Shown here: piece by piece, positions 10,452 to 23,080 of the stretch
Numbering within the stretch: the first letter of the stretch is position 1
Layout: each line of letters begins with the position of its first letter
Origin: Carcharhinus longimanus
Taxonomy: Eukaryota
DNA length: 64,000 nucleotides
Reading direction: 5' to 3'
Assembly: GCA_030264375.1 (NCBI GenBank)
Contig: JASCQW010000072.1
Coordinates: forward strand, 93,862,682 to 93,926,681
The notes under the pieces: generated by a model
What the model saw: the letters and a program-made list of their open reading frames with translations, nothing else
Told to the model about the DNA's origin: nothing
Databases searched by the model: none
Position numbers and translations under genes: made by a program

Positions 10452-13400
10452 TAAGTGTCAACAGCAGTACAAAAGATGGAGTGATGGTGAATATATATAT
10501 TTATATATATATCGAGAGAGAGAGCAAGAGAGAGAGAAAAAGAGAGGACAGTTTTGAGGTAAAATGAGCTCAGGCAGTCTCACAGCCACTCCCCATAAGG
10601 CCCCAAATCCCTGTCTTATCATATCCAATGTAACAATAAGAAGATGGCATTATTATCCAGAGTCTGTAATACCACCTTGTGCAAAAGGCCTTTTTTCTTT
10701 TGAAATTGTACATAATGATAAGGTGCCTGTAAACGCCAGAAAATAACAGGTTGGTGTCTTTTGACTGGTGTTTTCATCATCTTTTTTTTATTATTTCAAA
10801 TATAATGGAGGCAGAGGAGGTCAGACTACTAGTACCGCTAAAATAAATTTAACCCTAATTATTTCTTTTCTTTACCTCACGTCAATACTGCAGAAAATAA
10901 AGGCTGGTTTACATTATGAGTAACGCCAAGCGGGGAAAAGTGACAGTAGGACATTGAACATAATCAAGAAGGTTTTACATCATCCTTAGCAAACAAGTTG
11001 TCTTTTGTACTGTATAAAGAGCAGAATATGAGGAACATGTGATGGAGCTTTTTTTCCTTATGTTCAATTACAAACTTTACATGAGACTGTACAAGTCTTT
11101 TTTTTTCTTTTTTTTTCGATAAATTATTTACATTTTGTCAGACTTTTAACATTTTCAAAGCAGCAGCAGACACTATTTCTCTAAATACCCAAACATTTAC
11201 CTGCTGTGGGCCCAGGTACCTGCATTGTTATAAATTCAAAATGTGGAGAAGTTGATCTTTACTTTTCTTTTTTAAAAAAAAATTAAATTATTAAATTCTG
11301 CTGTACAAGACACGTGTGGAGCAGCCTTTTCTTTCTTAAGAGCCACACCCAGTGTTGCTATAGGGACGAAAGCATAGATAGTACCATGGCGACAAGAGTC
11401 CCAGTTGTCAGTCATGCGCGCTAAAACAAAATATAACCTAACCAAACCTTTTACACTTTTATCAGCAGCTAGCATGTCAGTCCAGCAAGTCAGTGAAATT
11501 TGCTGATTAAATTAACATGGAGAACAACATCACAATATACATCACAATGAAAAATAAAACTTCCAACGCTGGAAGATAAAGTTACAGTAAAAAGCTATGT
11601 AGGAACAGCTTATAAGCGTGTCTTAATGTAGTTTATCAACAACAAAAAGAAAATGGCAAGTACTTGCAAATGAATGAACCAAACTGCTACAAAAGCTCCT
11701 GTTACCCTACTCAACAGCTGAGGGTAGGTTATTTTATAAAATCACACACTCCAGCACGAGACACAAGTGACAAAGGAAGACAATCAGCAGATGCACATAG
11801 CAAGGCTGCAATGTGCAGGATTCGTTTTATTAAAAAAAACTAATTTTTTATTTGCACGTTTTCCCATACTCCCCAGAGCGGCAAACACCTCACTTGTGTG
11901 GTTCACGTAAGCCTGGCATCTTTGCTGGCTTGTGACAAAAAAAAGAGTGGGGGGGAAATAAAGGACGGGTGAAATTTAGGAGCAAGTCATTCGCCAAAAA
12001 GAAAAAAATAAAATGCGTTATGTCGCTCCAAAGTTGGCCAAACTACCAGTTTGCTGCAAGGACCCCATATTTTCAATACTGCATTAATCTTAGAAAAAGA
12101 CATACCTAATACATTTTGACACAGGGGTCAAATTCAAAGTGAATGCATATGGCAGATCAAGTTATTGGGTCAAATTATTATTTTCTAAAACAGAACAGTT
12201 AATGCAACATATGATTTTTGTTTTAATTATGCCACTGCCTGGGAATAAAACATATATTTATCATAACATGAATTGTCAAGAATGGTAGTTTCCACGAAGA
12301 GTGGAGATCCCAATGTGCAACTACTTCTGCATCATTGCTTGCTCCACCCTATATGTGGCATCACAAAAAGTGCAGCTACTAATCTAGGAGTCAGGACAAT
12401 CTCCTGAGTCTCTTCTACACGTATTTTAAATCTCTACTTATGTATTTCTGCCAGGTTTGGGTAAATTTGCTACAGTCACAACTGCCCATTTTATTCAGAT
12501 TCCATCTGCTTTGCTAATGTATAAATTAACCAGACATAATAATCACCCAAATTTATGAAAAGAAAGTGTTTGGCAAACTTATTTTTTGCATTTAATGAAA
12601 CACATAACACAAAGAAGAAAGTCGAAAAATGTCAATTGCACATGTTGAAGAATGACACATAGCTCTTTGTATTTCCTCTTTCCAAATAAAGGTTTGTCAA
12701 ACACTCTAAACAAAGGCATTGCCTCTCTTACAAGATTATTATCCTTCTTCTGCGTCTTCTGCTGAGCTTATCAAGGAAACTTTTAAAAGTATCCTATTGA
12801 CTAATAATGAGACAAGGTTTGCTAACATGCTTGCCCTTGCATGATATTTGCAAGCAATGATCTAAAATTGGAAAGGGAATTTGATTCATGGCTGCAGCCA
12901 GCTGAAATGATCCATAATAATTTACTTGTGTCACAAAAATTATGAATGTTGAGGCCAATTATTATTTAAATACAACCAAGGTAAAATACACTTAACTGAT
13001 TGAACCAGTGGCATCAAGTGAAAACCTCTCCTATTTGTCAAGTTCCCTGTTTATCTTGCATTTCATTACCATCTGGTGCCCGTTGTTGTACTCCTGACTC
13101 TGTTGGCACATATTGCTATATGTCACTGTGCCAGGGCATACTAATTCATCAACAACGTCATGCCACTTAGAAACAGTTAAAAGGGAGTTGCGAACGAACA
13201 CGTTCCCATAAACACAACTCACTCTGAGGAGTAACCCAGAGCAATTGTAAAAAAGTTTGATTTCCACAAATTCCCCCCGCTCCCATCCCCAGCCCTCCCT
13301 CTCACCAGCCCCAGGTTTGATAAGCTTACTTTTACACAGAAGGAAAGTATGAATTCATAAAAAGAAATTACAAATTTTGTCTGATTGTTTCTTTTCCTAC

Positions 13401-14387
13401 CATGAAATGGGCACAGTACAATGATTCAAAAAGTGATTTCTTTTCTTTTAAATAAAATTATTTCCCTACTCCGCACATTACTAACTGTAACGCTATATAT
13501 ATCCTTAATAATAATAATTACAATACAAAAACATGAGAAATTGACCACAAGCGAGGCGTTTGGACACCTCAGCTAAAGGTCCAATACTGCTATGTCATTG
13601 CGGGTGTGAGTTCAGCATCTACATGAGGTACAGAGACTTGTCAGCATTTAAAAATGTGGACCAACATACAATGATGTATAACAAAACAGTAAATACATAA
13701 CTTATATTTCACTATGTATCATGAACAAAAATAGAATTCTATTTCCTATGTTATATTTACAATTTAAAAAAAATCTAAAATGAGATGGTGGATTTTTTTT
13801 CTTGTAACTTTGTTTTAAGCTCCAATTTACGTAAATTTGTACTATTTCCTGCTTTGATTGTCTCAGTTGAGTAACTCTGCAGTGATATTTTAGAGCCTGA
13901 TTTCGGCTAATAAATATTACACAAACATTTATTTGATCTAGTCAACCTTCAAATGTAATTTACAAAGAAATAAATTTCTGACCATTTTAAAAAAAAGTAA
14001 TGAGTTTGGTGACGTCTGTTCAGCCAATCCATTTGGAGAGCACGTGGTCATTTAAAAAATGGTGAACTTTTTGTGGGGTGCTGGGCGAGAGAGAAAAGGA
14101 AGATAACAAAATCAGGGGAGGGGAGGACGACAGAGGTGAAGGAAAAAGGGGGACGCTGAGGTGGAGCTAAAACAAAGTATTCATACATAACATTTTCTCC
14201 TTTTTTTTGCATAAATAAAGTTACTAGACATAAAATGACTCAAATCTGGCAACTGTGAGGCAGGCCCACGCGAGTCGGAACAGGTGACATTTTGTTCATG
14301 TACTATCTCTTACAACAGTTTCACATTAGTCAGAAGTGATAAAAAATATCATTTATATCCAGTGCTCATAACACTTTAAAACATCCT

Positions 14388-14509
14388 GTGTGTGTATGTG
14401 TGTATGTGTGTGTGTGTGTGTGAGTGAGCGTGTACATAATGTGTATCCATGTGTGTATGTGTATCATATTATATATATTATATATATAAAAATATATACA
14501 TACACACAC
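14388..14509. repeat. (TG)n/(TA)n/(CA)n microsatellite within the 3' UTR
   Basis: Dinucleotide runs visible directly. Confidence 0.9.
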
Positions 14510-15311
14510 TACAAAGCATAATCAAGTTTCAGTCCCAAAAAAAAACAGTCCTTTGTGTTCCCACCAGCCTGCATTATATCATATTGGCCTGGCAACAAAA
14601 CAGCTAAAATAACTAAATGTTTGTGTGCAATGAAGAATAAACTAAAAAAAAAGTACTCTCATTCTACAAGCCATACACTGTCCTAAGTAAAAACTGAAAT
14701 TTTAAAATAAAAGCAGTTGAGGGGAGCAGATTATTATCAAGAGATTATAAGAACCTCTATAAATTAGAATTATGTGAAATAGAGACCATCCCCTCACTCC
14801 TCCCTCCTCAAGTTGAAGCCAGATATGAAGTTCAAATCTTTTTGTTTTCTGAATGAAATAACTTTTGTCAGTACCTTGAATAAATTGCAAAAAAAACAGA
14901 GTGTTCATCAGTTATTCTCATTGCGTGACATTCCAACTATATTATCACAGTCTAATCAAACTTGTCCAACATTAAGTAATGGAGTTTCATTATTTATTGG
15001 AGGTGGTGGTGGGGGGGAGGGGTGAATAATAAGCGGAATTATGTCTCACTCCTCAGCAATAGTTTACATTTTATCCCTGACTTCAAAACAAAGAAAAAAT
15101 CCTCCTGAATCCAATTACCCATCAGTAATACTTTTAAAATTTAATAATGGTCATTTATATTTTGCAGCACGTATTAAGTGTTTAAAATGGAAGATTTGCA
15201 TCCTCAGGGTGGGTTGATGGAGATGCGCCATATAGTTTTTAAAGTTCGTCTGTGCTGTTTGTAACTTTGATGTATCTCACTTATTTCCTGCACACCAAAT
15301 CTCATTTAAGT

Positions 15312-16848
15312 TTAAGACCTTACCGTGTAGTTTTCACAGCAATGCAGTAGCTGAATTAAGACATTGTGAAATTAAGTAAAATGTTAAGTCATTAATANNN
15401 NNNNNNNNNNNNNNNNNNNNNNNNNNNNNNNNNNNNNNNNNNNNNNNNNNNNNNNNNNNNNNNNNNNNNNNNNNNNNNNNNNNNNNNNNNNNNNNNNNNN
15501 NNNNNNNNNNNNNNNNNNNNNNNNNNNNNNNNNNNNNNNNNNNNNNNNNNNNNNNNNNNNNNCCCCACCCACCCCTCAACACACACCGAGCTCTCCTCTC
15601 TCTCTATCCCTCTGTTACCTCAACAATATTCCTGGGAGACTGAAATCAGATCAACCTATCTAACCTTCTTAACTCTGGGGGATGGGGGGCACAGGGGGGG
15701 CGAGAAAGGGTGAAAGACTTAGTGCCAATTACAAGGGGCAAATTCAAACTGATGGAGTTATTCCTGTACAAGTTCAATACATTCAGCCTGTTTGGTGAAA
15801 AGTATCCCACCTGAACAGAACACCCAGAAACCTACAGTCTCTCATTTGCCCCCAAGTTTTAAGAAATAAATTTCCCTCGTGTTTTCTTTCAAACTCAATA
15901 ATCCTGGATTATTGGCCCCATGGATCTCTGGAATGACTAAGATACTCTCAACGGAAACCAACACAATGAGATAAAGGGCTGGAAACCATGCTTAGGAGGC
16001 AAGTGCAAGACATCTTGGCGGGCAGTGACAAATAACTGTTGAACACCCTATTGTGGCACACCAAAAGAAGTGATTGGACACATGCACTCTGGCAAGCTCC
16101 TCCTCTGTCTCAAATAGATATCCTTCGTCCATATTCCTGAGTAACTTCGCTGCTGTCTGGAAAGAACCATTTTGTAAGTGTGGCTATATAATGCTTTTTT
16201 TGTTTCCTCATTAAGATGACAGTCGATTGTCTAAGACTTTTGCAGTGTCTCCCAAGTAAGACTTTTCAGAGTGTTAAGATTGCAATGTTATTAGGAGTTT
16301 GGCACTTTAATTCAAACAGTACAATACGCAACTCAAAAATAAAGAATTTTTTTTTAAAAAAAGGGAAATCCAGTCAGGGCTCAGCTCTTTGTTGTTCTGC
16401 TTCATGATGTGCTTAAACGTGCACACGTGCTGCCATTTTGTGTTTTGGTTTTCTTCCCCCCCTACCCCCGCACCCCCCCCCCCCCACCCCTCCCCCACCC
16501 CACTTTTCTTTTTAAAACTATGAAATTTAAGTTATTTNNNNNNNNNNAGATTAAAAACACATTCACAAGTTGCTGGTTGGCGCAGCATACCTGAGTGAGA
16601 ATACAACCCCCCCCATCCCTTAAGAAAAAAAAAACTAAAAAGTATTTTAAAACAAGCTCAAAAAAGAGAAAGGAAAAAAAAAACCTTTTAAGACTGCCGG
16701 ATAGCTGTGAATCTATATTAAGCAACAGCTTTCAAGTCCTGACGTTTTTTTTGTTTACAGGCTGTAGCCAGTAATGTAAAATGTCCATGATACTTGTAAA
16801 AATAAAAAAACAATCAGAATGCTTCACACATTAAGAAACATTTAAGAC
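15312..16848 (-). promoter_or_regulatory. Cluster of miR-499(/208) seed matches in the SOX6 3' UTR
   Basis: Plus-strand TTAAGACT at 16688-16695 (8mer), TAAGACT at 16232-16238 and 16257-16263 (7mer-m8), TTAAGAC at 16842-16848, 15356-15362 and 15312-15318 (7mer-A1). SOX6 is an established miR-499 target. Confidence 0.8.
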
Positions 16849-16938
16849 CATTGCTGATGAATCTGTTGGAGCCACACATGCAGGCTCATCAATAACTTTT
16901 GTTTTTGTTCAAAATAACAGTCTGATTGCAGTTGCTCT

Positions 16939-17242
16939 TCAGTTGGCGCTGATGGCCTCCTGATTCTCATTGTCACTGCTATAGTCCGATTTCTGATCGT
17001 CTTCATAGTCCTCGTACATTTCCATCTCGTCCTCGCCGTTCATCATTTCGTTCACGCCCAGGTTGCCGCTTTCTCCCTTCATGCTGTAAGTGCTCTGGAT
17101 GACTGGGATGCTGGGCTCTGGACTGCCGGATTCGCTGGAACACTCGGATGTCAGTTGTGGCGATGCTGCTGTGGTTGCCATGGAGATAGCACCGGGATAC
17201 ACGACGCCTGCAGCTGTGGTGATTGGAATCTGAGGCTGTTGC
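16939..17242 (-). CDS. SOX6: SOX6 terminal coding exon, [23 protein letters not shown]...[31 protein letters not shown]-stop
   Basis: ORF 16939..17274. Acceptor gtgcacag|G CAA CAG with a CTAAC branch-point-like motif at 17267-17271; phase 2 matches the previous exon. The acidic tail ending ...SAN resembles the vertebrate SOX6 C-terminus. Confidence 0.96.
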
Positions 17243-17430
17243 CTGTGCACAGACGGACACTGGTTTGTTAGCAACCGATTTCAATGAAAGAAGCTATTTT
17301 CAAAGACGCGAAGAACACGACTCATTTACCTGATTTACCTAACAGCATTCGCAACTCTGGCGGTGGTACTGTAAGTATAATGAATGAACAGTGCTACCTC
17401 CTCTGGAGAAGCCTGGGGCACTTCATCAAG

Positions 17431-17621
17431 CGCAGTAAGAAATCTCACAACACCTGTTTAAGTCCAACGGGTTTATTTGATAGCACTGCCCCTTCATCAG
17501 GTGAGTCCCTGGGCATCGCTCGGAAAGATTGTACTATCAAATAAACCTGTTGGACTTTAACCTGGTGTTCTGAAACTTCTTACTGTGCTTACCCCAGTCC
17601 AACATCGGCATCTCCACATCA
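17431..17621. mobile_element. Penelope-like fold-back element (family 1), copy 2
   Basis: Inverted arms ~17433-17493 and ~17535-17585. Exact 12-bp flanking direct repeat cacttcatcaag at 17419-17430 and 17622-17633. Confidence 0.8.
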
Positions 17622-17895
17622 CACTTCATCAAGTCAGTTAGCCACACTGATGAACATTTTTTATGACTGTTTGTAGTCTTATCATTCCACCTGCCAATGA
17701 CCAACATTGCACTTTCCACATTATTACCTTCACAAGTTCATAAAATCATTAAGAATGAGGAAGGCATTCTGCACACCTTGTTATTTCCATCCTACATGTC
17801 CCCTTTGCTGCCTCCTTTTTTTGAATAATTGCCTCCACTGCTCTAACTGAGTCAATTCCATATCTTGATCACTCTAATAGTGGTACAATTTCCTA

Positions 17896-18140
17896 AGTTT
17901 ACGTTTATTTATTAGTGTCACAAGTAGGTTTACATTAACACTGCAACAAAGCTATGTGAAAATCCCCTAGTCGCCATGCTATGGTGCCTGTTCAGGCACA
18001 CTGAAGGAGAATTTAGCATGGCCAATACACCTCAACCTAACATCTTTCAGACTGTGGGAGGAACCCACATAGGGAGAACGTGCAGACTCCACACAGACAA
18101 TGGCCCAAGCCAGGAAATCTTCCAACAGACCATGACCATG
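17896..18140 (-). mobile_element. SINE, tail B
   Basis: tttatttattagtgtcacaagtagg.ttacattaacactgcaa...gaatttagcatggccaat. Confidence 0.85.
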
Positions 18141-18934
18141 CCATGGTAGATTTGTTAAGCTTGGTATGTGTATTCACATGTTTCCGTGCACAGCTAGACA
18201 GCCTTAAGCCTACTATAAAACTGGTAATATGTTCTTGCTTGATTTGTTCTGTCAGCATTGATAGACAGTCAGGGAAGCTCTGTGGAGTTGATAGATTATT
18301 AATTACGAACAAGCTATCATCCTCCACACTCCTGCCCATTTTCTCCATTTCATCTCTTACAACATACTGCCAGAACAAACAGAATTTCCACCAATGTGTG
18401 ATCTCGCAATGGAATGAATTTTAAAAATGCTGGTCCCTAAAGTTCCTAGGTTATGAGAGGCCTGATTCCACCCAAGGGACCCAGAATATGAGATGGAGTT
18501 CTTGCTGATATTCTGAACCTCTCGGGTGACAGTAGGTAGATCTTCCACATATCTCACATTCCAGAGAATCTGTAGTGGGCTTCACTGGGAATGGCTCTGT
18601 TTACAACTTGAAAAAACAATCTTCAGAAAAGTTCCTTTGAAGCTATCTGAATGTCCCTAACCTTTCATAGAGTAAGACACTTCAGTCTCAGAGGTAACTT
18701 AACGCTGGAATGTCTTCAGTTAAAGCTGAAGCCTCTTAAAGAAGAAGCACCTTTTCTTCAGATCCTTGGGGAATCTCATGCAGAATGACAAGACACAATT
18801 CTGCTTTGAAGTTGGTTTGAGCCAGGGCAGGCGTCTGTTATGACCTCAATGACCTAAATCATGCACTGCTAAGATTGTTAAATTGTACAAAGCTCATTGG
18901 TAAGAATATTTTTACAGGTTCAACTAACTCAATT

Positions 18935-19207
18935 GGTGACACCATGGATTAGCACTGCTGCCTCACAGTGCCAGGGACCCTGAGGTCAATTCCAACCTTG
19001 GGTAGCTGTCTGTGTGGAGTTTGTTTGTTCTCCCTGTGTCTGCATGGGTTTGGTGGATTGGCCATCCTAAATTGCCCCTTAACGTCAGAGGGATTAGGAG
19101 GGTATAAACACGGGGCGATGGGGATAGGGCCTGTGTGGGATTGTTGTCAGTGCTCAATGGGCAAAATGGCCTGCATTTCTGCATTGTTGGAATTCTATAT
19201 TCTATGA
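18935..19207 (+). mobile_element. HE1/V-SINE-type SINE (tail A), internally deleted
   Basis: ttagcactgctgcctcacagtgccagggaccc head; ttctgcattgttggaattctatattctatga tail. Confidence 0.85.
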
Positions 19208-19554
19208 TATAACACAATTGTTGAAGAGAAAATTCAAGAAAGGTTGGGAACAATTTTGCAGAATGATTTGAAAAACAGAAGTGAATAAAAATGTTAAAAG
19301 ACAGGTAAATGGGGCTGGGGTCTATTAATTGAAAGTGGGTTTCTACTGGTTTGGTGCATTTTAAATGCCAGGTCTCATTCGCATGCCATTGAGCAACTTA
19401 CCACTGGAATGTGTGGGAAGGGACTGCTGGTTTGAATAGATAAAGGTGGTGGGCGTACAGTGTTTGCCGCTTTGCTCAAACAAACATTTCTTTCCAAGGC
19501 AACCTTTCAGAATCAGATAGAAGATGCTTATGCTGAACGACTCAGTGGCACTTA

Positions 19555-19806
<252 letters not shown>

Positions 19807-21026
19807 TCATCAGGGTACACCATCCAAGAACTTGGGTAATGCAACATTGTAACTAAGGCACTGTTCACAAAAAGCATTGTGCCCCGTTTTAACTCTGAAT
19901 TAAGTCTGATTAAAAATCACGAGGAAGAAATTGCAAAGATTCTTGGTCAGAATGAATGGTTGCAAGTGCTGCCAATCCTTTCATCGGGTAAATGGTCACC
20001 CTCCTCATTGATGTCAGCAAGCTACTTTCCACCTGGCACATTACTACCAAATTTGATACTATCCTCACTAAGTACCCAAATGGACATATGGTGGAATGTT
20101 ACTGCCTCACTTGCCCGAGGCTCATAAGATCCTGCTCAGGGCCAACGGAGAATGCCATTCTGTGAGTCTCACTTGCCCCGATTCCAGGGCGGGTGTGCCA
20201 GTAAAATTCCGAGGCGGGTGTACCAATAAAATTCCAGTTATTCACTCCAGCAAGTGTAATTAGGATGGAACAAATTGGTTGATATTTTCTTCCTCTTTCC
20301 ACAAGCAGCATTGAAGCCAGTGCCTTGAGAATGTTCCATAGGCCAGGGACATGCCATCTGGTGCATTTATCCACCGGGCCATTGTTTAGCTATTTGGTAA
20401 CTCCTCACTAACTCCTGTTCTCAACAGTGTTAACTGTGGATTAGAGCTTGATGTGACTGAAATTACTATTCAACCAGCAAATGTCATCCTGCACTTGCAT
20501 ATGTGCTGTACGTAAGTCCTGCAACTGCTCAGTCAATCCTCACAATATGCAACCCTACACACAATCTGCCTCTTAACCATTTACAATATTTCTATTCCCT
20601 TAGTAACAGGTAGATAAGTACAATGGCTTCTTTCTCTCTGCAAGTTCCAAATAATTAAAAGGCACTTTTTGAAAGCAAACATTCAATGCATTGATGATGA
20701 CACCCTTTCATTGTAAGTTCCTGATTTTAAAGAAAATGCACATAGAAGTTAAACTGAAGTGGTTAAGTCGCTACTGTATGTTTCATTTTATCATTAAAGT
20801 CTTCCTTTTTGAGGAGGCTGCCAAGTGAAAAATGTTGAAAGCATTAATGTAAGGATGTAAAGGCTTAACCCTACTATACACTACCAATCCTCCTGGGGAC
20901 AACTTGTTGCAGAGCATAGTAGCAAGCAAAAGAGAAAAGAAAAATGGAAACCTATGTGGAACTTTTTGTTGTAATTCTGACTCTGCAGTTCCTTCGTCTC
21001 GAACATTTAAAATGCTCTGATGCAGC

Positions 21027-21064
21027 GATAGGAACACTGTGATAGGAACATTGTGATAGGAACT
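21027..21064. repeat. 14-bp tandem repeat (gataggaacaYtgt) x ~2.7
   Basis: gataggaacactgt gataggaacattgt gataggaact. Confidence 0.9.
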
Positions 21065-21867
21065 TTTCAATACAGTGTCTACACTTTCTCCAATCATTAT
21101 TAGGTTTCATTATTAAAGCCTCCTCAGGCTGTGAACATCGTACAAAATAAAATACAACTTCCGAGTATGCTTAACTCATTCAATCTAAATGAAATGAAGA
21201 CTTTCTTATTTTGGGGAGAGATGAAATACAACAAATCTAGCCTTTTGTCCTATTTTTCAGGACATTACCGAAATAAAGTAGCTGGAGTGATTATAAACAT
21301 ACTGATTGTAATTAAGAACAGTTGACGAGGTCTTGGTCAGGGAAATGCTTTAAGGCAGGCCTGATATTGCCACTCAATCTACACAGCAGTTTAAAACTGA
21401 CAGATACACTGCTGTTGCCANNNNNNNNNNNNNNNNNNNNNNNNNNNNNNNNNNNNNNCTACCCATAACGTAAAACTATGAGTGAAGGCTTCCCCTCATC
21501 TTGTAATTAAGCAAGTAGACCCATTTGCTTGAAAATGGTAGAAGAAATATTAAATGAAGGGGCCTTAATTTCTAACAGATTGATTTGTTGTGGAGGAAAT
21601 GGGACATCAACAAATCATTTAACGAGAAACAGATTCTGTGGAACAATTGTTGTGGTAAGGATTTATTTTTCTGTAATGAATACCAAAGATGGAAGCAGCC
21701 TCATTCGGAAGCACCATAGGTCTTTTCTTCCATTATTTATGATTATTGTGCTTTGGACTTGTTTTGGAGCATTGTATGATTCCTGTCCATGAGCAAGAGC
21801 ACTAACAAGTTGGAAGGGGGTCTTAAAATCTTTTTGGATTGGCAGTTCAGTAGACTGGCAATATTTG

Positions 21868-22095
21868 GGCTGGTTAGCTCGGTTGGCTGAACAGCTGGTT
21901 TGTGATGCAGAGCAATACCAACAGCATGAGTTTGATTCCCGTATTGGCTGAGATTATTCATGAAGGCCCTGCCTTCTCAACCTTGCTTCTCACCTGAGGT
22001 GTGGTGATCCAAGGTTAAATCATCACCAGTCAGCTCCCTCTCTCTCTCTGAAAAATGGGCAGAATGGCCTATGGTCATATTGGATTTGGCGACTT
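21868..22095 (+). mobile_element. Distinct tRNA-derived SINE (family C); related copies at ~35993-36100 and ~54880-55090
   Basis: All three share a tagct..gttgg head, a ca.cagc.tg.gtt...t.cc B-box-like motif and aggccctgcct. The first and third share the tail ...atggtc...ggact/att.gg.ga. Confidence 0.7.
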
Positions 22096-22370
22096 TCAAA
22101 ATGCTTTAATTACACAACCTTTCCATCTCGGATTTCAGACAAGGGAATTTTTTTCATCAGTGAAGTGATTGCCAGTTGCTGCCATACCTCCACACTGTAC
22201 TTTCTTCCTGACATGCTCAAATGTGTCCTTGCTGATCTATGTTAAGTCACCAACCTCCAATTTATCTTAACCCTGAAATTAAAATTGATTGACATCACCG
22301 CAACCTCTCTCTGTCAGCTCCATCAGCTCCACATCATTCTCGCTTATCTTCTTCTGTGTACCTTCACATG

Positions 22371-22652
22371 GGTAGCACGGTGCCTCACAGTGCCAGGGAA
22401 CCAGGTTCGATTCCTGGTTTGGGTCACTGTGTGGAGTTTGCACATTCCCTCTGTGTCAGTGTGGGTTCCCTCTGGGTGCTCCAGTTTCCTCTCGCAATCC
22501 GAGAGACATGCTGCTTAGGTGCATTGGCCATGCTACATTCTCCCCCAGTGTACCCGAACAGGCGCTGGAATATGGCGACTAGGGGATTTTCACAGAAACT
22601 TAATTGCAGTGCTAACGTAAGCCTACTTGTGACACTAATAAATAAACTTTAA
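22371..22652 (+). mobile_element. SINE, tail B
   Basis: Family head and central domain; tail gcctacttgtgacactaataaataaacttt. Confidence 0.88.
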
Positions 22653-23080
22653 GTTTCACTGTGTGGAAACTCACTGCAGTTCCTTTGCAGGAATTTAACC
22701 CTGTCTGCATCCACCTACATCCTACAATCCACATGCTTTTAAAACCAAAGTTTGGTGTCACCTTGTCATTGCTTCCTGATTCACTTCACCTTTCATACTA
22801 CTTTTTCCAAGCTTGAGGGATTCATTCCCATTACCCCTTGGTTACACTTTTTTTTAAAAAGTCTGGTCCAATCTGAAACTGACAGACACTAACAATGGTC
22901 ACCCTGGCAAATCAAATGAGCATTTGATTTTGAATTTTTGCTCCTAATCATCTTGTTGCCTTCCTTCACCACACCATCAGATGGGAATGATTGTTGCTTA
23001 CGTTTTAATTCACTTCACCATATTGCATTTTGTACAAATGGAGCTTCTCTGAGTTATTTTGGAGTACGCATTAAAAAATG

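Larger units (their letters stand above)
10425..16938 (-). other. SOX6: SOX6 3' UTR (~6.5 kb, inferred)
   Basis: Directly follows the stop codon. AT-rich, with no recognisable transposon, unlike both flanks. Contains many miRNA seed matches and Pumilio elements and ends at an ATTAAA plus a U/GU-rich tract. The distal end is inferred. Confidence 0.7.

Noticed and set aside
17003-17284. 93-aa alternative-frame ORF overlapping the SOX6 last exon
   Set aside because: Starts in the intron with no independent support. It is a by-product of the GC-rich coding exon lacking stops in a second frame.
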